This document shows, piece by piece, positions 11,373 through 21,713 of a stretch of 64,000 nucleotides of DNA (position 1 is its first letter; every line of letters starts with the position of its first letter). The position numbers and the translations under genes were made by a program. The stretch is from positions 192,697 through 256,696 of the forward strand of contig CAVVEL010000002.1 in NCBI GenBank assembly GCA_963747095.1, read 5' to 3'. Source of the DNA: Terriglobia bacterium (GTDB lineage: Bacteria; Acidobacteriota; Terriglobia; JAJPHL01). The notes beneath the pieces were generated by a model. The model ran no database searches and was not told the origin of the DNA. It saw nothing but the letters and a program-made list of their open reading frames with translations.

Positions 11373-13568
11373 ATGGCTGCCGCCATCACCGGTAAAGAAC
11401 TCACCATCCGATCGCTTCTCGATCTCGCCCGACGCCGCGCCGTGCTGATCGCGATCGTTGCCTTGCTGGTGACGGCCGCCGCTGCCTTTTACGCCTATTA
11501 TCGGCCGGTTCTCTATCGCGCCCAGGCGTTGATCGGCGTGGAATCGAACACTCGCGACGTGGTCCAAAAAACGGAAGGCACCGGCCGCGTTCAGGACCAA
11601 CTGCTGACGATTCGGGAGATTCTGTTGGGCCGCGCGGTTCTCGATCCGGTGATGGACAAGTTCCATCTCTATCCGAAGCCCTTCACCGATGTCAACGTCA
11701 ACAAAATGCGCGTCGACCTGAAGATCACCGTCGAAACCGACGATACCTTTCATCTGAGTTACGAAGGCCAGGACCGCCAGCGCGTGATGGACGTCACCAA
11801 CGCCGTCGCCGCGGGATTCGTCGGGCAACTAGCGCAAAATCGCCAACAGCAGCAGAGCGATGCCAGCGTCCTGTTGGATGCGGAATTGAATCAATTGCGC
11901 GCCTCGCTCGATCAGCAGGAAGAAAAAGTAGAGCACTACAAGCAGCGCGCGGTCAACGAGCTCCCCGATCGCCTGGACACCAACCTGCGCTTGTTGGCCG
12001 CGACTCAGGCCGAGGCGCAAACCACCTCCACATCCCAGGCCGACGACCAAGCCAAGCTATCGGCGGTGCAGGTGGAAATCGGCGAACTGGAAAAGCAAGG
12101 CGCCCTCACGCAATCCGCGCCGAAAGAAAAGACGGCTTCCGAGGTGAAACTCGACGAACTGAAGTTGCACCTCAAGAAATTGCGCGCCGAGTACACCGAC
12201 CAGTATCCCGAACTGATTAGCACGGAGCGCGAGATCAAGGATCTGGAAAAGGTCATCGCCGCCACTCCGGTGACAGCCGTTATTGCCGAACCGAGCACCG
12301 CTCGGATGCGCTATCTGCAACTGAAAGCACAGCGGGAATCGCTGCAGCAGCGGCTGAAAAGCTACACGCAGCAAGAAGACGCGATCCAGTCGAGGGTCAA
12401 CGTAATGCAGCAGCGAGTGCAGGCGACGCCCACGCATGAAAACGCGATTTCCGAACTCTCGCGCGGCTACGAAGCGACCAAGGCGCGCTATAACCTGTTG
12501 CTCGCCAAGCAGCAAGAAATGCGCCTGGCCGCCGGTCTGGAGCGCGTCAACCGCTCGATGTCGTTCAAAGTTGTGGAACCTGCTACTCTACCGCTGGGCC
12601 CTTCCACGCCACAGCGCGGACGCGTGCTCATGATGGGAGTGCTCGCCGGTTTCGCACTGGGTTTTTTGGCCGCGTTCGGGCTGGACCAGATGAACTCGAC
12701 CATTGCTACCATCGCCGAATTTCAAGCCTACACGGACCTGCCGGTGTTGGCCGCGCTCCCCAACCTGGACCTAAAGGCAAGCGGCCGTCCCATGAAAGAA
12801 AGCACGGTTCCGCTCGTGCCCATCGCAGACGGCGGCACGGCGACGCTCTTGTCCGCGGCTTCGTTACGCGCGAATCGGATCGTTGCGCTCACCGATCCGG
12901 AGTCAGTGGCCGCGGAACAATATAGATTACTCGGCATGAAAGTCCGCCGCCGATTGCAGCAATCGCGATCTTCAGGCGTGGCAGCAACGCCGGCACTGAT
13001 GGTGACCGGTTTCGTCGGCGGAGAGGGCAAGACCGTTACCGCGCTGAATCTGAGTTTGTCGCTGGCCGGCACGATCTCCGGGCGTGTCCTGCTCATCGAT
13101 AGCGATCTGCGAAAGCCGCGGGTGGGCGAATACCTCGGAATGCCGCCCTGCAGGGGCTTCAGCGACTTGCTCCGATCTCCCGACGACGAAACCGGCAACT
13201 ATCTTTGGAAGCTCAAGGACCTCTACATCATGCCGGGCGGATCGAGCTTGGCGAATCCCGTAGCCCTGCTCAGTTCCAAGAATGCCGGCGACCTCTTGCA
13301 ACGGCTGCGTGGCGAGTTCGACTTTGTCGTGATCGATACGCCGCCCGTTCTTCCCGTGGCCGACAGCCACATCCTGGCAGGATTGGTGGACGGTGTCATC
13401 TTAGTGGTACGGGCCCGCTACACGCGCCGCGAGGCGATCGCGCTGGGCCTGGAGAACTTCCAGGCGCCCAATCTGCTGGGCGCGGTGATCAACGACGTGG
13501 ATCTCAATGCTTCCGGTTACGCCTCGGCGCATCAGTATTACAGTCAGAATTACGCGGGCACGGCGTGA
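11373..13568 (+). CDS. Polysaccharide co-polymerase / BY-kinase-like chain-length determinant (Wzc/GumC/EpsG family)
   Basis: AGGGAGAAG RBS; N-terminal TM + Wzz domain, long coiled-coil, second TM, C-terminal P-loop ATPase-like domain (FVGGEGKTVTALNLSLSLA; FDFVVIDTPPVLPVADS). Confidence 0.75.
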   Translation: MAAAITGKELTIRSLLDLARRRAVLIAIVALLVTAAAAFYAYYRPVLYRAQALIGVESNTRDVVQKTEGTGRVQDQLLTIREILLGRAVLDPVMDKFHLYPKPFTDVNVNKMRVDLKITVETDDTFHLSYEGQDRQRVMDVTNAVAAGFVGQLAQNRQQQQSDASVLLDAELNQLRASLDQQEEKVEHYKQRAVNELPDRLDTNLRLLAATQAEAQTTSTSQADDQAKLSAVQVEIGELEKQGALTQSAPKEKTASEVKLDELKLHLKKLRAEYTDQYPELISTEREIKDLEKVIAATPVTAVIAEPSTARMRYLQLKAQRESLQQRLKSYTQQEDAIQSRVNVMQQRVQATPTHENAISELSRGYEATKARYNLLLAKQQEMRLAAGLERVNRSMSFKVVEPATLPLGPSTPQRGRVLMMGVLAGFALGFLAAFGLDQMNSTIATIAEFQAYTDLPVLAALPNLDLKASGRPMKESTVPLVPIADGGTATLLSAASLRANRIVALTDPESVAAEQYRLLGMKVRRRLQQSRSSGVAATPALMVTGFVGGEGKTVTALNLSLSLAGTISGRVLLIDSDLRKPRVGEYLGMPPCRGFSDLLRSPDDETGNYLWKLKDLYIMPGGSSLANPVALLSSKNAGDLLQRLRGEFDFVVIDTPPVLPVADSHILAGLVDGVILVVRARYTRREAIALGLENFQAPNLLGAVINDVDLNASGYASAHQYYSQNYAGTA

Positions 13569-13593
13569 GCAATTTCGCTACAGGAGTCTCATC

Positions 13594-13749
13594 ATGAAAA
13601 TCTTCAAGAATCTGGGAATGCTGTGTCTGGGCCTCTGGCTGATCGCCACGGGACTGATCCCGCTGTTCCATTTCAGATTTCCGCATCAAGGTTCGGGCAT
13701 GGACATTCTCGCGATTGCCGCGGGTGTCCTGCTTCTGTTCGGCCGCTAG
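13594..13749 (+). CDS. Small (51 aa) two-TM membrane protein, unknown function
   Basis: MKIFKNLGMLCLGLWLIATGLIPLF...ILAIAAGVLLLFGR; RBS-like AGGAGTC upstream; follows Wzc-like gene. Confidence 0.35.
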   Translation: MKIFKNLGMLCLGLWLIATGLIPLFHFRFPHQGSGMDILAIAAGVLLLFGR

Positions 13750-13791
13750 ACTGGCCGCTCTTCGCTGAAGGCGTAAAGAAAGGAACGATCC

Positions 13792-14466
13792 ATGGTTCGC
13801 AAGTTGAGAAAGACGGTCAAGAAGCAGGAGACGGGCGATTGGGAGGCGGTTCTCGCGGAAGTGCGGGAGGGCAAGAGCACCGGCGAATACGGCCCGAATC
13901 GCCGCGTCTTCCAACAAGGGGCGCCCGCCGACTCCGTGTTCTATGTGCGGCTCGGAAAGGTGAAACTGGTGGTCCAATCCGAGCAGGGCAAGGAAGCGAT
14001 CGTGGCGGTCTTGGGCGCCGGCGAACTGTTCGGCGAGGGTTGCCTCGGAGGACAGACCCTGCGAATCTCGAACGCGGTAGCGTTGTCGGATTGTACGCTC
14101 GTCAGGATCGAGAAGGCGCAGATGGAGAGTCTGCTGCACGAACGGCACGAAGTCACCGAGTTGTTCGTCCGGAATTTGCTCAACCGAACCGCGCGATACG
14201 AGGGCGACCTGGTGGACCAGCTCTTCAATAACAGCGAGAGGCGTCTGGCCAGGACTCTGCTTCTGCTGGCTCATTTCGGCAAGCAGAGCAAGGCCGAACG
14301 TGTGGTTCCCAGCGTAAGCCAGGAACATTTGGCGCAAATGGTTGGCGCAACCAGATCGCGGGTCAGTTTCTTCATGAACAAGTTTCGGGAACTCGGCTTT
14401 ATCGACTATGCCGGTGACACCCTGACCGTCAAAAGCGGCCTCCTGGGCATGGTGCTGCACGACTGA
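13792..14466 (+). CDS. Crp/Fnr family transcriptional regulator (cNMP-binding + HTH)
   Basis: cNMP-binding fold (RRVFQQGAPADSVFYVRLGKVKL...GAGELFGE) and C-terminal HTH (QEHLAQMVGATRSRVSFFMNKFRELGFI). Confidence 0.8.
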   Translation: MVRKLRKTVKKQETGDWEAVLAEVREGKSTGEYGPNRRVFQQGAPADSVFYVRLGKVKLVVQSEQGKEAIVAVLGAGELFGEGCLGGQTLRISNAVALSDCTLVRIEKAQMESLLHERHEVTELFVRNLLNRTARYEGDLVDQLFNNSERRLARTLLLLAHFGKQSKAERVVPSVSQEHLAQMVGATRSRVSFFMNKFRELGFIDYAGDTLTVKSGLLGMVLHD

Positions 14467-14487
14467 TGTTTCCGAATGCCGCGACGA

Positions 14488-14763
14488 CTAAGGCCTGGGA
14501 GGGGACGCCGCGGAGGTTTTGTCGAGTGCGTCCTTGATTCGTTGTTGTCCAACTCTTGTGACCCGGCGTTCTTGTATCCACCGATCAACAACGTCGCTCT
14601 TTTGGACCGAGAGAGTGCGCACCGTCTGGTCATAAACCTCCAGGAGATCCCCGTTTTCCTCGAGTCTCGTACCGATGCACCTTTCCACCGATCCACTCTT
14701 CATCACGAAGACATACCAGTCGTAAACCAAGCGTTGCTGCTGCGGTTTTGGCGCCTCTGCCAT
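14488..14763 (-). CDS. Hypothetical small protein (91 aa)
   Basis: ATG with AAGGA 10 nt upstream; no recognisable motifs; located between Crp regulator and beta-helix protein. Confidence 0.35.
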   Translation of the reverse strand: MAEAPKPQQQRLVYDWYVFVMKSGSVERCIGTRLEENGDLLEVYDQTVRTLSVQKSDVVDRWIQERRVTRVGQQRIKDALDKTSAASPPRP

Positions 14764-14896
14764 GTATTAGATGTCCTTGGGGGCCTTCCTGGGTTCGGCC
14801 GGTTGTGTTGAGCCCATTGCAAGATTGTACTACACGACAATCTTCCGCGACGACGACTTTCATTCCCGATCATTCCCGATCGGGCCCGTACCGCCT

Positions 14897-17149
14897 TCAC
14901 TGGACCGCGATGGTTACCACGTTGGACGCGCCTTGATTGAATCGTATCGAGACGGGCACCTCCGCGCCGGTCAACGAATTCGCCGGCACCTGCACGTTCA
15001 CCTGATACAGGCCGCTGAAGCCCGGAGCCAACCCTGCGAATTGGACCGGTACAACCGCGCCTCCAACAACCACGGTCGGCACGGTCAAGGTGGTAGACGG
15101 CGGATTGCTTGGCGCCGGCGAGCCGTCCGCGGGCGCATTCGTCACCGGACCCAAACCCGTACAGTAAATGGAAATGTACTCTCCACGATTGACGGGACGC
15201 GAATTTTGCCCGGCGGCTCCGGCGATCTGGCCCGTTTGCGAAATCAAAATCGCTCCCTGCCCAGTTCCTTGTTGGTTCAATGTGAAAATCCCAGGCGCGT
15301 CAACAAACAGGTTGATCGTTACTGCTGGACTCACCACACCATTCACGATGACCACCAGCGAGGCCTCGCTCAATCCCGTCAAGGCGGATGGTAACTGATA
15401 ATTGATCTGCGTCGGCGATGCATAAAACAGGGGGGCCGGCAGTCCATTGATCGTCACAACCGTTCCGTTCAGCGAGGACGGCAAGGGCAAGGACGGTGCC
15501 ACCGCCGGCGTGACCGCCAGCGCCGTGCCAAACAGTGAAACAACCGATCCCGGTGCATTGGCCGCGGCGCTGAAGCTCGCCGCGCTCACGGTGACTCCGG
15601 GTGCGGGCGCCACCCCGGCGGCGGGGCTGACGACGCTCCCGACTTGAGCCGCATTGAGAGCCGTCGCGTCGATGCCAACGTCGGTGCCGTCAGTGGCGGC
15701 GTTGTGCAGGGAGCTGCTGGGAAGCAGACCGTACGAGCCTGCGGCCGCATTTACAAAGCCCACATCGCCGGTTGTCGAGGGAAAGAAGTTTCCCGCTGGA
15801 TAGACGGACGAGTTCCCGCCGATGGCCCCATTGGCCTGGAAGACCGCGTTGGGAAAATAGTGGTTCAGCGCCGCGGTGCCTTCCCCGTAGTCGCTGCCGG
15901 AGAATCCGTAGGCGCCGTGCGCCGCCAGATTGTTCGTGAACACGAAGCCGAAGCTGGGAAGTTCGTCGGCCATCGAAATCGCGCCGTCCGGAAAGCCGGT
16001 ATTGTGATCGAACGTAACGTTCCGAGCGCCATTCAGCACCTGGAACAGACGCGCGGTGCCGCCCCATTCCATACTGACGTCTTCAAAGAGGTTGTTCCGG
16101 ATGGTGATGTTATGAAGCTGCTGACTGCTGTAGATGTCGTCGGCTCCCAGGATGTTGATCCCCGATGCCACGTGCCGAATGATGTTATTCGTGAATTGAG
16201 CATCGGAAACGACGCTCCACGGCGCCGAATCGTTCTGGTTGCGCGGCGTGAACAAGATCGCGAATCCGTCTTGCGCGTCGGCCCAATTGTTCTCGAAGAA
16301 ATTGCCGTCCACCACGATCTGGCGGGCATTCTTGAATTCCAGCAGGTTCTTCACCGACCAGTGAGTCCCTTGGTAGGAAGGATCCCCCACGCGCCAGGAA
16401 AGCGGTTTCGAAAAGTGATTCTGGCGAATGGTAATGCCGGTGGGAACCAGGTTCGGAATGGTAGGGTCCTGTCCCCCCACGAGAACGTTCTCGCCGGCGC
16501 CCTCCAAGTAATTGTTGGTGATGATGAACGGACCCGGACCGTTCCAACTGGCCAGCGCCTGAGAGTCGGCGTTCACGATTTTGAAGTCGGAGAGATAGGA
16601 ATTCTTGACCGTCACGTTGGGCACGTTCATGGCGATCCCTCGTCGTGAGCCTTGATCCGGATCGCCGTGCAGATAGCAACGGTCGAACACAAAATCAGTG
16701 GGAAGCTGGTCCAATGATGTTTCCACGCCCGTGCCGAGCTGGACCAGTTGATAGAGAGCGGCCCCCGGTGTCGGCGTGATTTCGACGCCGATAAGCTGAA
16801 AATGGCTAGAGCCTGGCGTAGTCGTGAGAATGGGGCTATTGCGGTCGCCGTTTCCGACCAACTTCGGCATGACGCTGGAATAGGACGGATCGATCCGCGC
16901 GCCGGCGGCCGGCAGATTGCTATCCGCGGCGCTGGTCCGGATGGTGATGTAGGAACTCCCTGCGTTCGCCGGCAAGGTGAACGGACCCTGATAGGTGGCG
17001 CCGGCAGCGAGTTGGATCACGTCGCCCGCTTGCGCGGCATTCAAGGCTGCTTGAAAATCGCCGTCAGCCGGCACGTTGATGGTCTTTGCTGCCAGCGTCC
17101 CGGCACAGCAGGACAGGAGTGCGAAGAAAGTCGCGAATCGGATAGTCAT
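14897..17149 (-). CDS. Secreted right-handed parallel beta-helix (pectin-lyase-fold) protein with Solibacter-type C-terminal domain
   Basis: Signal peptide MTIRFATFFALLSCCAGTLAA; beta-helix repeats (NNIIRHV, ITIRNNLFE, TFDHNTGF); C-terminal PLFYASPTQINYQLP...IYCTGLGP...FAGLAPGFSGLYQVNVQVPA. Confidence 0.7.
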   Translation of the reverse strand: MTIRFATFFALLSCCAGTLAAKTINVPADGDFQAALNAAQAGDVIQLAAGATYQGPFTLPANAGSSYITIRTSAADSNLPAAGARIDPSYSSVMPKLVGNGDRNSPILTTTPGSSHFQLIGVEITPTPGAALYQLVQLGTGVETSLDQLPTDFVFDRCYLHGDPDQGSRRGIAMNVPNVTVKNSYLSDFKIVNADSQALASWNGPGPFIITNNYLEGAGENVLVGGQDPTIPNLVPTGITIRQNHFSKPLSWRVGDPSYQGTHWSVKNLLEFKNARQIVVDGNFFENNWADAQDGFAILFTPRNQNDSAPWSVVSDAQFTNNIIRHVASGINILGADDIYSSQQLHNITIRNNLFEDVSMEWGGTARLFQVLNGARNVTFDHNTGFPDGAISMADELPSFGFVFTNNLAAHGAYGFSGSDYGEGTAALNHYFPNAVFQANGAIGGNSSVYPAGNFFPSTTGDVGFVNAAAGSYGLLPSSSLHNAATDGTDVGIDATALNAAQVGSVVSPAAGVAPAPGVTVSAASFSAAANAPGSVVSLFGTALAVTPAVAPSLPLPSSLNGTVVTINGLPAPLFYASPTQINYQLPSALTGLSEASLVVIVNGVVSPAVTINLFVDAPGIFTLNQQGTGQGAILISQTGQIAGAAGQNSRPVNRGEYISIYCTGLGPVTNAPADGSPAPSNPPSTTLTVPTVVVGGAVVPVQFAGLAPGFSGLYQVNVQVPANSLTGAEVPVSIRFNQGASNVVTIAVQ

Positions 17150-17500
17150 GGGCCTCTTGGGCGGACGTGCCGCCGTTCTCAAAGGAGTAGAGATGTTGGG
17201 AGGGAGCCGGAAAGACTCCAGACGAAACGCCCGATTGGGCGGCCGCGGCTCTGTTGCGTAATCCAGCCTATCCCAATTGGCAGCGATTGCATAGCAATCT
17301 TTATTTGTCTGAGCAATTTTGCTCACTGCGCAGAACCGTACGGAACTGACGCCGATGCACCGTTCGAGATAGCAGCGACCGTGATCAAGATCGGGCGCGC
17401 CGCCTTCCTCTTATAGCAACCACTGCCCCGCGGCGTACGTCATCGATGTCCGGCGCATTCGGTTCCCTGGCTTGAGCAATTTTGACCACGCCGATGGTCA

Positions 17501-18646
17501 ATGTGCTACACTCCTGCTACGTTTACTCGGCGCAACTTCGTCATGAGGACGGCCGCTTTGGGATGTGCCACGCTCGGCATGCCGCTCCTGAACGGCCCCC
17601 GCTTTCGGCTTCTCGCAGGTAGCCGCGCCGAGTACTCCCCTCGCACCATTGATCTGGTCAGACAGTCCATTGTGATCGACATGCTGGGATTGCTGACGCT
17701 CGATTTTCCCAAGCTCTATGGTTGGCAACGGGCCCCGACGTCCTTTTCTCAGGCGGACTTTGACAAGCTCAGAGACTCCGGCATCACGGTATTCCATCCG
17801 GCGGTCTCCTATCTCGGCCGCGCAGCCTACGACGAATCGGTGAAGGACATGCAGCGCTGGAAGAGGCTGATTGCGGCCCAGCCCGGCTATTTCACGCTCA
17901 TCGCCCGTCCGGACGATCTCGAACTAGCCAAGCGGGCCGGCAAGATCGGAATTCTGTTGGGCCAGCAGAATTCCGAACATTTTCGGACCATCGACGACGT
18001 GGACCGTTTCTACGCGCTGGGCCAACGCGTCTCACTGCTTTCCTATGGGACCAACCGCCTGGGCGGCGGCTGCAACGATCCGCACGACCCCGGTTTGTCG
18101 GCGTTCGGAGCTCAGGTCATCGCGCGCATGAACAGGGTGGGTATGGCCGTGGACGTGGCGCATTGCGGCGATCGCACTACGCTCGACGCCTTGGCTGCCT
18201 CTCGCAAGCCTGTTCTGATCACGCACTCCAACTGTCGCGCGCTGGCGCCCGCGCGGGCGCGCTGCAAGACCGATGAAGCCATTCGCGCGATGGCTGCAAC
18301 CGGCGGCGTCATGGGAATCTCTCTGATTCGGGGATTCGTCAGTCCGTCGGGACCAGCCAACGTTGAATCGGTGCTGAAGCACATGGACCGGGTCGCCCGC
18401 CTGGTGGGCGTGGAACATGTTGGTCTAGGAAGCGACGTTGATCTGGACGGACGCTCCCATCTCCCCGGCACCATGCTGCGGCAAGAGCACATTCTGGGCA
18501 ACACCGATCTGGATGGACTCAACTATCCGAAGAAGGTGTTCGATCTCACCGAGGGCCTTGTGCGACGCGGCTACAGCGATCGCGACATTGCGCTGATCCT
18601 AGGTGGTAATTTCCAAAGGGCCCTGGATGCCATTTGGGCGTCGTAA
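17501..18646 (+). CDS. Membrane dipeptidase, peptidase family M19, with Tat signal
   Basis: TRRNFVMRTAALG twin-arginine motif; M19 motifs (VFHPAVSY, VDVAHCGD, ITHSNCRAL, HVGLGSDVDLDG). Confidence 0.8.
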   Translation: MCYTPATFTRRNFVMRTAALGCATLGMPLLNGPRFRLLAGSRAEYSPRTIDLVRQSIVIDMLGLLTLDFPKLYGWQRAPTSFSQADFDKLRDSGITVFHPAVSYLGRAAYDESVKDMQRWKRLIAAQPGYFTLIARPDDLELAKRAGKIGILLGQQNSEHFRTIDDVDRFYALGQRVSLLSYGTNRLGGGCNDPHDPGLSAFGAQVIARMNRVGMAVDVAHCGDRTTLDALAASRKPVLITHSNCRALAPARARCKTDEAIRAMAATGGVMGISLIRGFVSPSGPANVESVLKHMDRVARLVGVEHVGLGSDVDLDGRSHLPGTMLRQEHILGNTDLDGLNYPKKVFDLTEGLVRRGYSDRDIALILGGNFQRALDAIWAS

Positions 18647-18674
18647 TTTGCGTGGCGCCAGGAGTTCAGGACAA

Positions 18675-18689
18675 GGCGCACTCTGCGCC
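18675..18689 (+). terminator. GC hairpin GGCGCA-ctct-TGCGCC immediately after dipeptidase stop (no U-tract)
   Basis: Perfect 6-bp inverted repeat 29 nt after stop codon. Confidence 0.2.
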
Positions 18690-18861
18690 GGAGCAGAACA
18701 AAAGAACGCCAATTACGCTGAAAGATGGGAAAGTTTCCGCTGTTGGGATCGGCGTCCCCAATCGTTGCCGAAACAAGTGCTGCCGTTGAACCATGGCAGG
18801 TTGAACCATGGCAGGGACCGGCCGCTTCGGCGGCTTAGCCGTGCAGTGTGGTGCGGGACGG

Positions 18862-19047
18862 TCAACGGACAGTGGACGCGACCGCGAAGTGTTTGCCGTT
18901 GCGCGCAAGGATCCGGCGAGGCGGCGCTTGCTGATGAAACGGCGCGCCGGAAAGCCGCTTCCAGCCCGCCGCGTCACGAACCTCCTGGTCAAACAGATCG
19001 CGATCCCAATCGCGGTAGAAACTAAGCATCTCTTGTGTTGAAGGCAT
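18862..19047 (-). CDS. Hypothetical small protein (61 aa)
   Basis: ATG preceded by AAGGA at -5; no motif recognised. Confidence 0.25.
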   Translation of the reverse strand: MPSTQEMLSFYRDWDRDLFDQEVRDAAGWKRLSGAPFHQQAPPRRILARNGKHFAVASTVR

Positions 19048-19293
19048 GTTTTTCCTTGAGAACAGCCGCGCACCTATGAATATCCCGACTCGCCGTGGCG
19101 TGTCTGTTCCCTTCTGCTCAGAGTTCTGAGCTTGCTTGTCAGTGAATCAGGCGCCGCGAGCCGGGCTGGCATGACCGCTGCGAGCACGCCGTAGAAAACT
19201 CAGGTCTATTGTGCTCATATCTCTGAGCTTTCGATACCTGCCACTGAGCGTTCGGGGATAGATGCTTTCGGATCAACACACTAGAGTTGATCC

Positions 19294-20352
19294 ATGGCGC
19301 ATCTACTGATCTGGTCATCGTTGGCGTTCCTGCTCTACGTCCACTTTGGCTATCCCTTGCTTTTGGACCTTTGGCGCCGCGTGGCGGGGCGTCCCGTGAA
19401 GAAGGGATTCTGGGAACCGACGGTCAGTATCCTGATCGCGGTGCATAACGAGAGAGACACCATCGAAGCGAAGCTCTTGAACTGCCTGCAACTGGACTAT
19501 CCGGCCGAAAAACTCCAGATCGTGGTGGCCCTTGACGCGCCGACCGATGGTACGGACGCGATCGTCTCCGGATTCGACAGCCCGATGGTTTCCTCCGTAA
19601 AGCTGGAACAGCACAAAGGGAAAGCCGGCGCCTTGAACCATGCCGTGGTGGTTGCGCGCGGCGAAATCCTGGTGTTCGCGGACGCCCGCCAATCGTTCGA
19701 CCGCAGCGCGTTGCGCGAACTGGTCGCGAATTTCCACGATCCCGAAGTCGGCTGCGCTTCCGGCGAACTAATCCTGCTCGACGACGACGGCCACGAAGCC
19801 AGCGACGGCATGGGGATCTATTGGCGGTACGAGAAATGGATGCGCGCGCAGGAATCGCAAATCCATTCCATGCTGGGCGCCACCGGCGCGATCTACGCCA
19901 TCCGCCGCGAACTGTACAAGCCGATGCCGCCGGATACGATTCTGGACGACATGGCCGTTCCCATGAACATCGTGTTGGGCGGCAAGCGGGCGGTGTTCGA
20001 CGGTGCGGCCCACGCTTACGACCGCGTTTCCACAAGTGCGGAGATTGAATACGGACGCAAGGTCCGCACCCTGATGGGGAACTTCCAACTGCTGGCTCGC
20101 ATGCCGGCGCTGCTCTCGCCCTTCCACAATCCGGTGTGGCTGCAATTCATGTCGCACAAAGTGGCCCGGCTCCTGGTTCCCTATGCTCTGGTGATTTTGT
20201 TTGTGGCCAACATGTTCGCTCATGGAGCGTACCTGTGGCTGTTCGTGGCGCAATGCGCCTGGTATTTCCTGGCCGGCGTGGGATCGCTTCTATCCCGCTC
20301 CAGCCCCGTGCGAGAAGTTGCCGCAATGTCAGCGAAAAGCGAAGGATCGTAA
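19294..20352 (+). CDS. Glycosyltransferase family 2, membrane-associated (GT-A fold, DXD)
   Basis: VSILIAVHNERDTIEAKLLN...VVALDAPTDGT...GKAGALNHAVVVARGEILVFADAR; C-terminal TM helices. Confidence 0.8.
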   Translation: MAHLLIWSSLAFLLYVHFGYPLLLDLWRRVAGRPVKKGFWEPTVSILIAVHNERDTIEAKLLNCLQLDYPAEKLQIVVALDAPTDGTDAIVSGFDSPMVSSVKLEQHKGKAGALNHAVVVARGEILVFADARQSFDRSALRELVANFHDPEVGCASGELILLDDDGHEASDGMGIYWRYEKWMRAQESQIHSMLGATGAIYAIRRELYKPMPPDTILDDMAVPMNIVLGGKRAVFDGAAHAYDRVSTSAEIEYGRKVRTLMGNFQLLARMPALLSPFHNPVWLQFMSHKVARLLVPYALVILFVANMFAHGAYLWLFVAQCAWYFLAGVGSLLSRSSPVREVAAMSAKSEGS

Positions 20353-20353
20353 C

Positions 20354-20506
20354 ATGAGAAAAGCTCTACTGATTCCGTACACGTTCAATCTGCTGAATTT
20401 GGCCTCTGTCGCCGCGCTCTATCACTTCGTCCGGCGGACCGCCGCCAGCGACATCTGGATTGAGCGCGCCGTCGTGAGTCTCGACAAAGCGCTTCCCGTT
20501 CGATAG
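20354..20506 (+). CDS. Hypothetical small protein (50 aa)
   Basis: ATG 2 nt after GT2 stop with AAGGA upstream; weak. Confidence 0.2.
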   Translation: MRKALLIPYTFNLLNLASVAALYHFVRRTAASDIWIERAVVSLDKALPVR

Positions 20507-20509
20507 CAG

Positions 20510-21713
20510 ATGACGCCCGCAGCAGCCATCTCGCGCGAGCGTCCGATCTTGTCCGACAAGGTCGAGCTGCCCCTGCGCGTCCAAGCGATCTCCGATTTCG
20601 ATGCATTTCTGAACCTCCAGCCGGCGTGGGACCGGTTGGTCGAAGAAAGCAAGATCGGCCATCCGTTTCTTACCCACGACTGGATCCGCAGTTGGTGGGA
20701 GTCTTTTGGCGCCGGGCGCGCGTTGACCATCGTGATGGTAAGCCGCGGCGGTGAACTGATCGGGATTGCGCCGCTCATGATCTCCCGAACCAAGATCTAC
20801 GGCATTCCCATCCGCGAGCTGGGATCCATCTCTAACGATCACACCCCGCGATTCGATTTCATCATTTCGGGAGAACCGGCATTGGTTATTGGCGCGATTT
20901 GGCGGCATCTTTGGGAGAGGCGGCGAGAGTGGGATGTGATGAAGCTGTGCCAGCTTGAGTCTGGCTCGGCGACGATCGAACAGCTAAGCCGCCTTGCGGG
21001 TGACTGTCGGCTGGAGATTTGGCCGTCTACCGATTCACCGTATCTCTCCGTGAGGGGCGGCTTCGAAGATCACTTGGCGAAACTACCTCGCGGTCTGCGC
21101 GCGAATCTCCGGCGGCGGATGAAACGGCTGGAAGAAATTGGTCCGGTGGAGTTCGAGCAAGTTTCCAGTGAAGAGACGATCGATGACGCCCTGGCCGACG
21201 CCTTCCGCATGGAGACTCGGTACTTGGAAGGGCGAGGCCGGCACGGCGATCGCGTGCCACCAGGAGTTGACTCGGTTCTACGCTGCGATCGCGCATCGCG
21301 CGGCGCAGCAAGGGACACTGTACTTTACCTTCCTGCGTCTCGACGGACAACGCATCGCCTTCGATTTATCGCTGATCTACGACCACAAGCTGTTCAAACT
21401 CAAGCCCGGCTACTTGCAGCGATACCATGCCTGTTCGCCGGGCCAGGAGTTGACCACCATGACCATTCGCGACGCTTTTGCGCGCGGGCTATCGGAGGTG
21501 GACTTTCTGGGATCGGCGGACGAATGGAAGTTGGCTTGGACCAAGACCGTCCGCCAACAGTGTTGGACTTACGTCTTCAAGAAGGATTTGTTGGGATCTT
21601 TGCTGCACTTCGCGAAATTCCGCTTGGCGCCATACGTTCGCAGAACGATTCACGCGAACGTCCGTAGCAAAGTTCGCATCACCATCCGCAAAACACCGGA
21701 GGCGCGCGCGTGA
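20510..21713 (+). CDS. FemAB-related / BioF2-CelD-like GNAT acyltransferase (EPS-locus associated), apparent frameshift ~21200
   Basis: N-terminal half in 385-aa ORF and C-terminal half (FYAAIAHRAAQQGTLYFTFLRLDGQRIAFDLSLIYDHKLFKLKPGY...EVDFLGSADEWKLAWT) in another frame, characteristic of Acetyltransf_6/FemAB-like proteins found in PEP-CTERM/EPS loci. Confidence 0.6.

Noticed and set aside
14771-17416. Several 200-330-aa ORFs on the plus strand (e.g. 14771..15394, 15644..16648, 16748..17416)
   Set aside because: All lie antisense to the well-supported 14897..17149 beta-helix gene and have the Arg/Gly/Ala-rich composition typical of spurious high-GC antisense ORFs.
19424-20253. ORFs antisense to GT2 (203 aa, 161 aa, 140 aa on minus strand)
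   Set aside because: Arg/Pro-rich, no motifs, fully overlapped by the GT2 gene with clear catalytic motifs.
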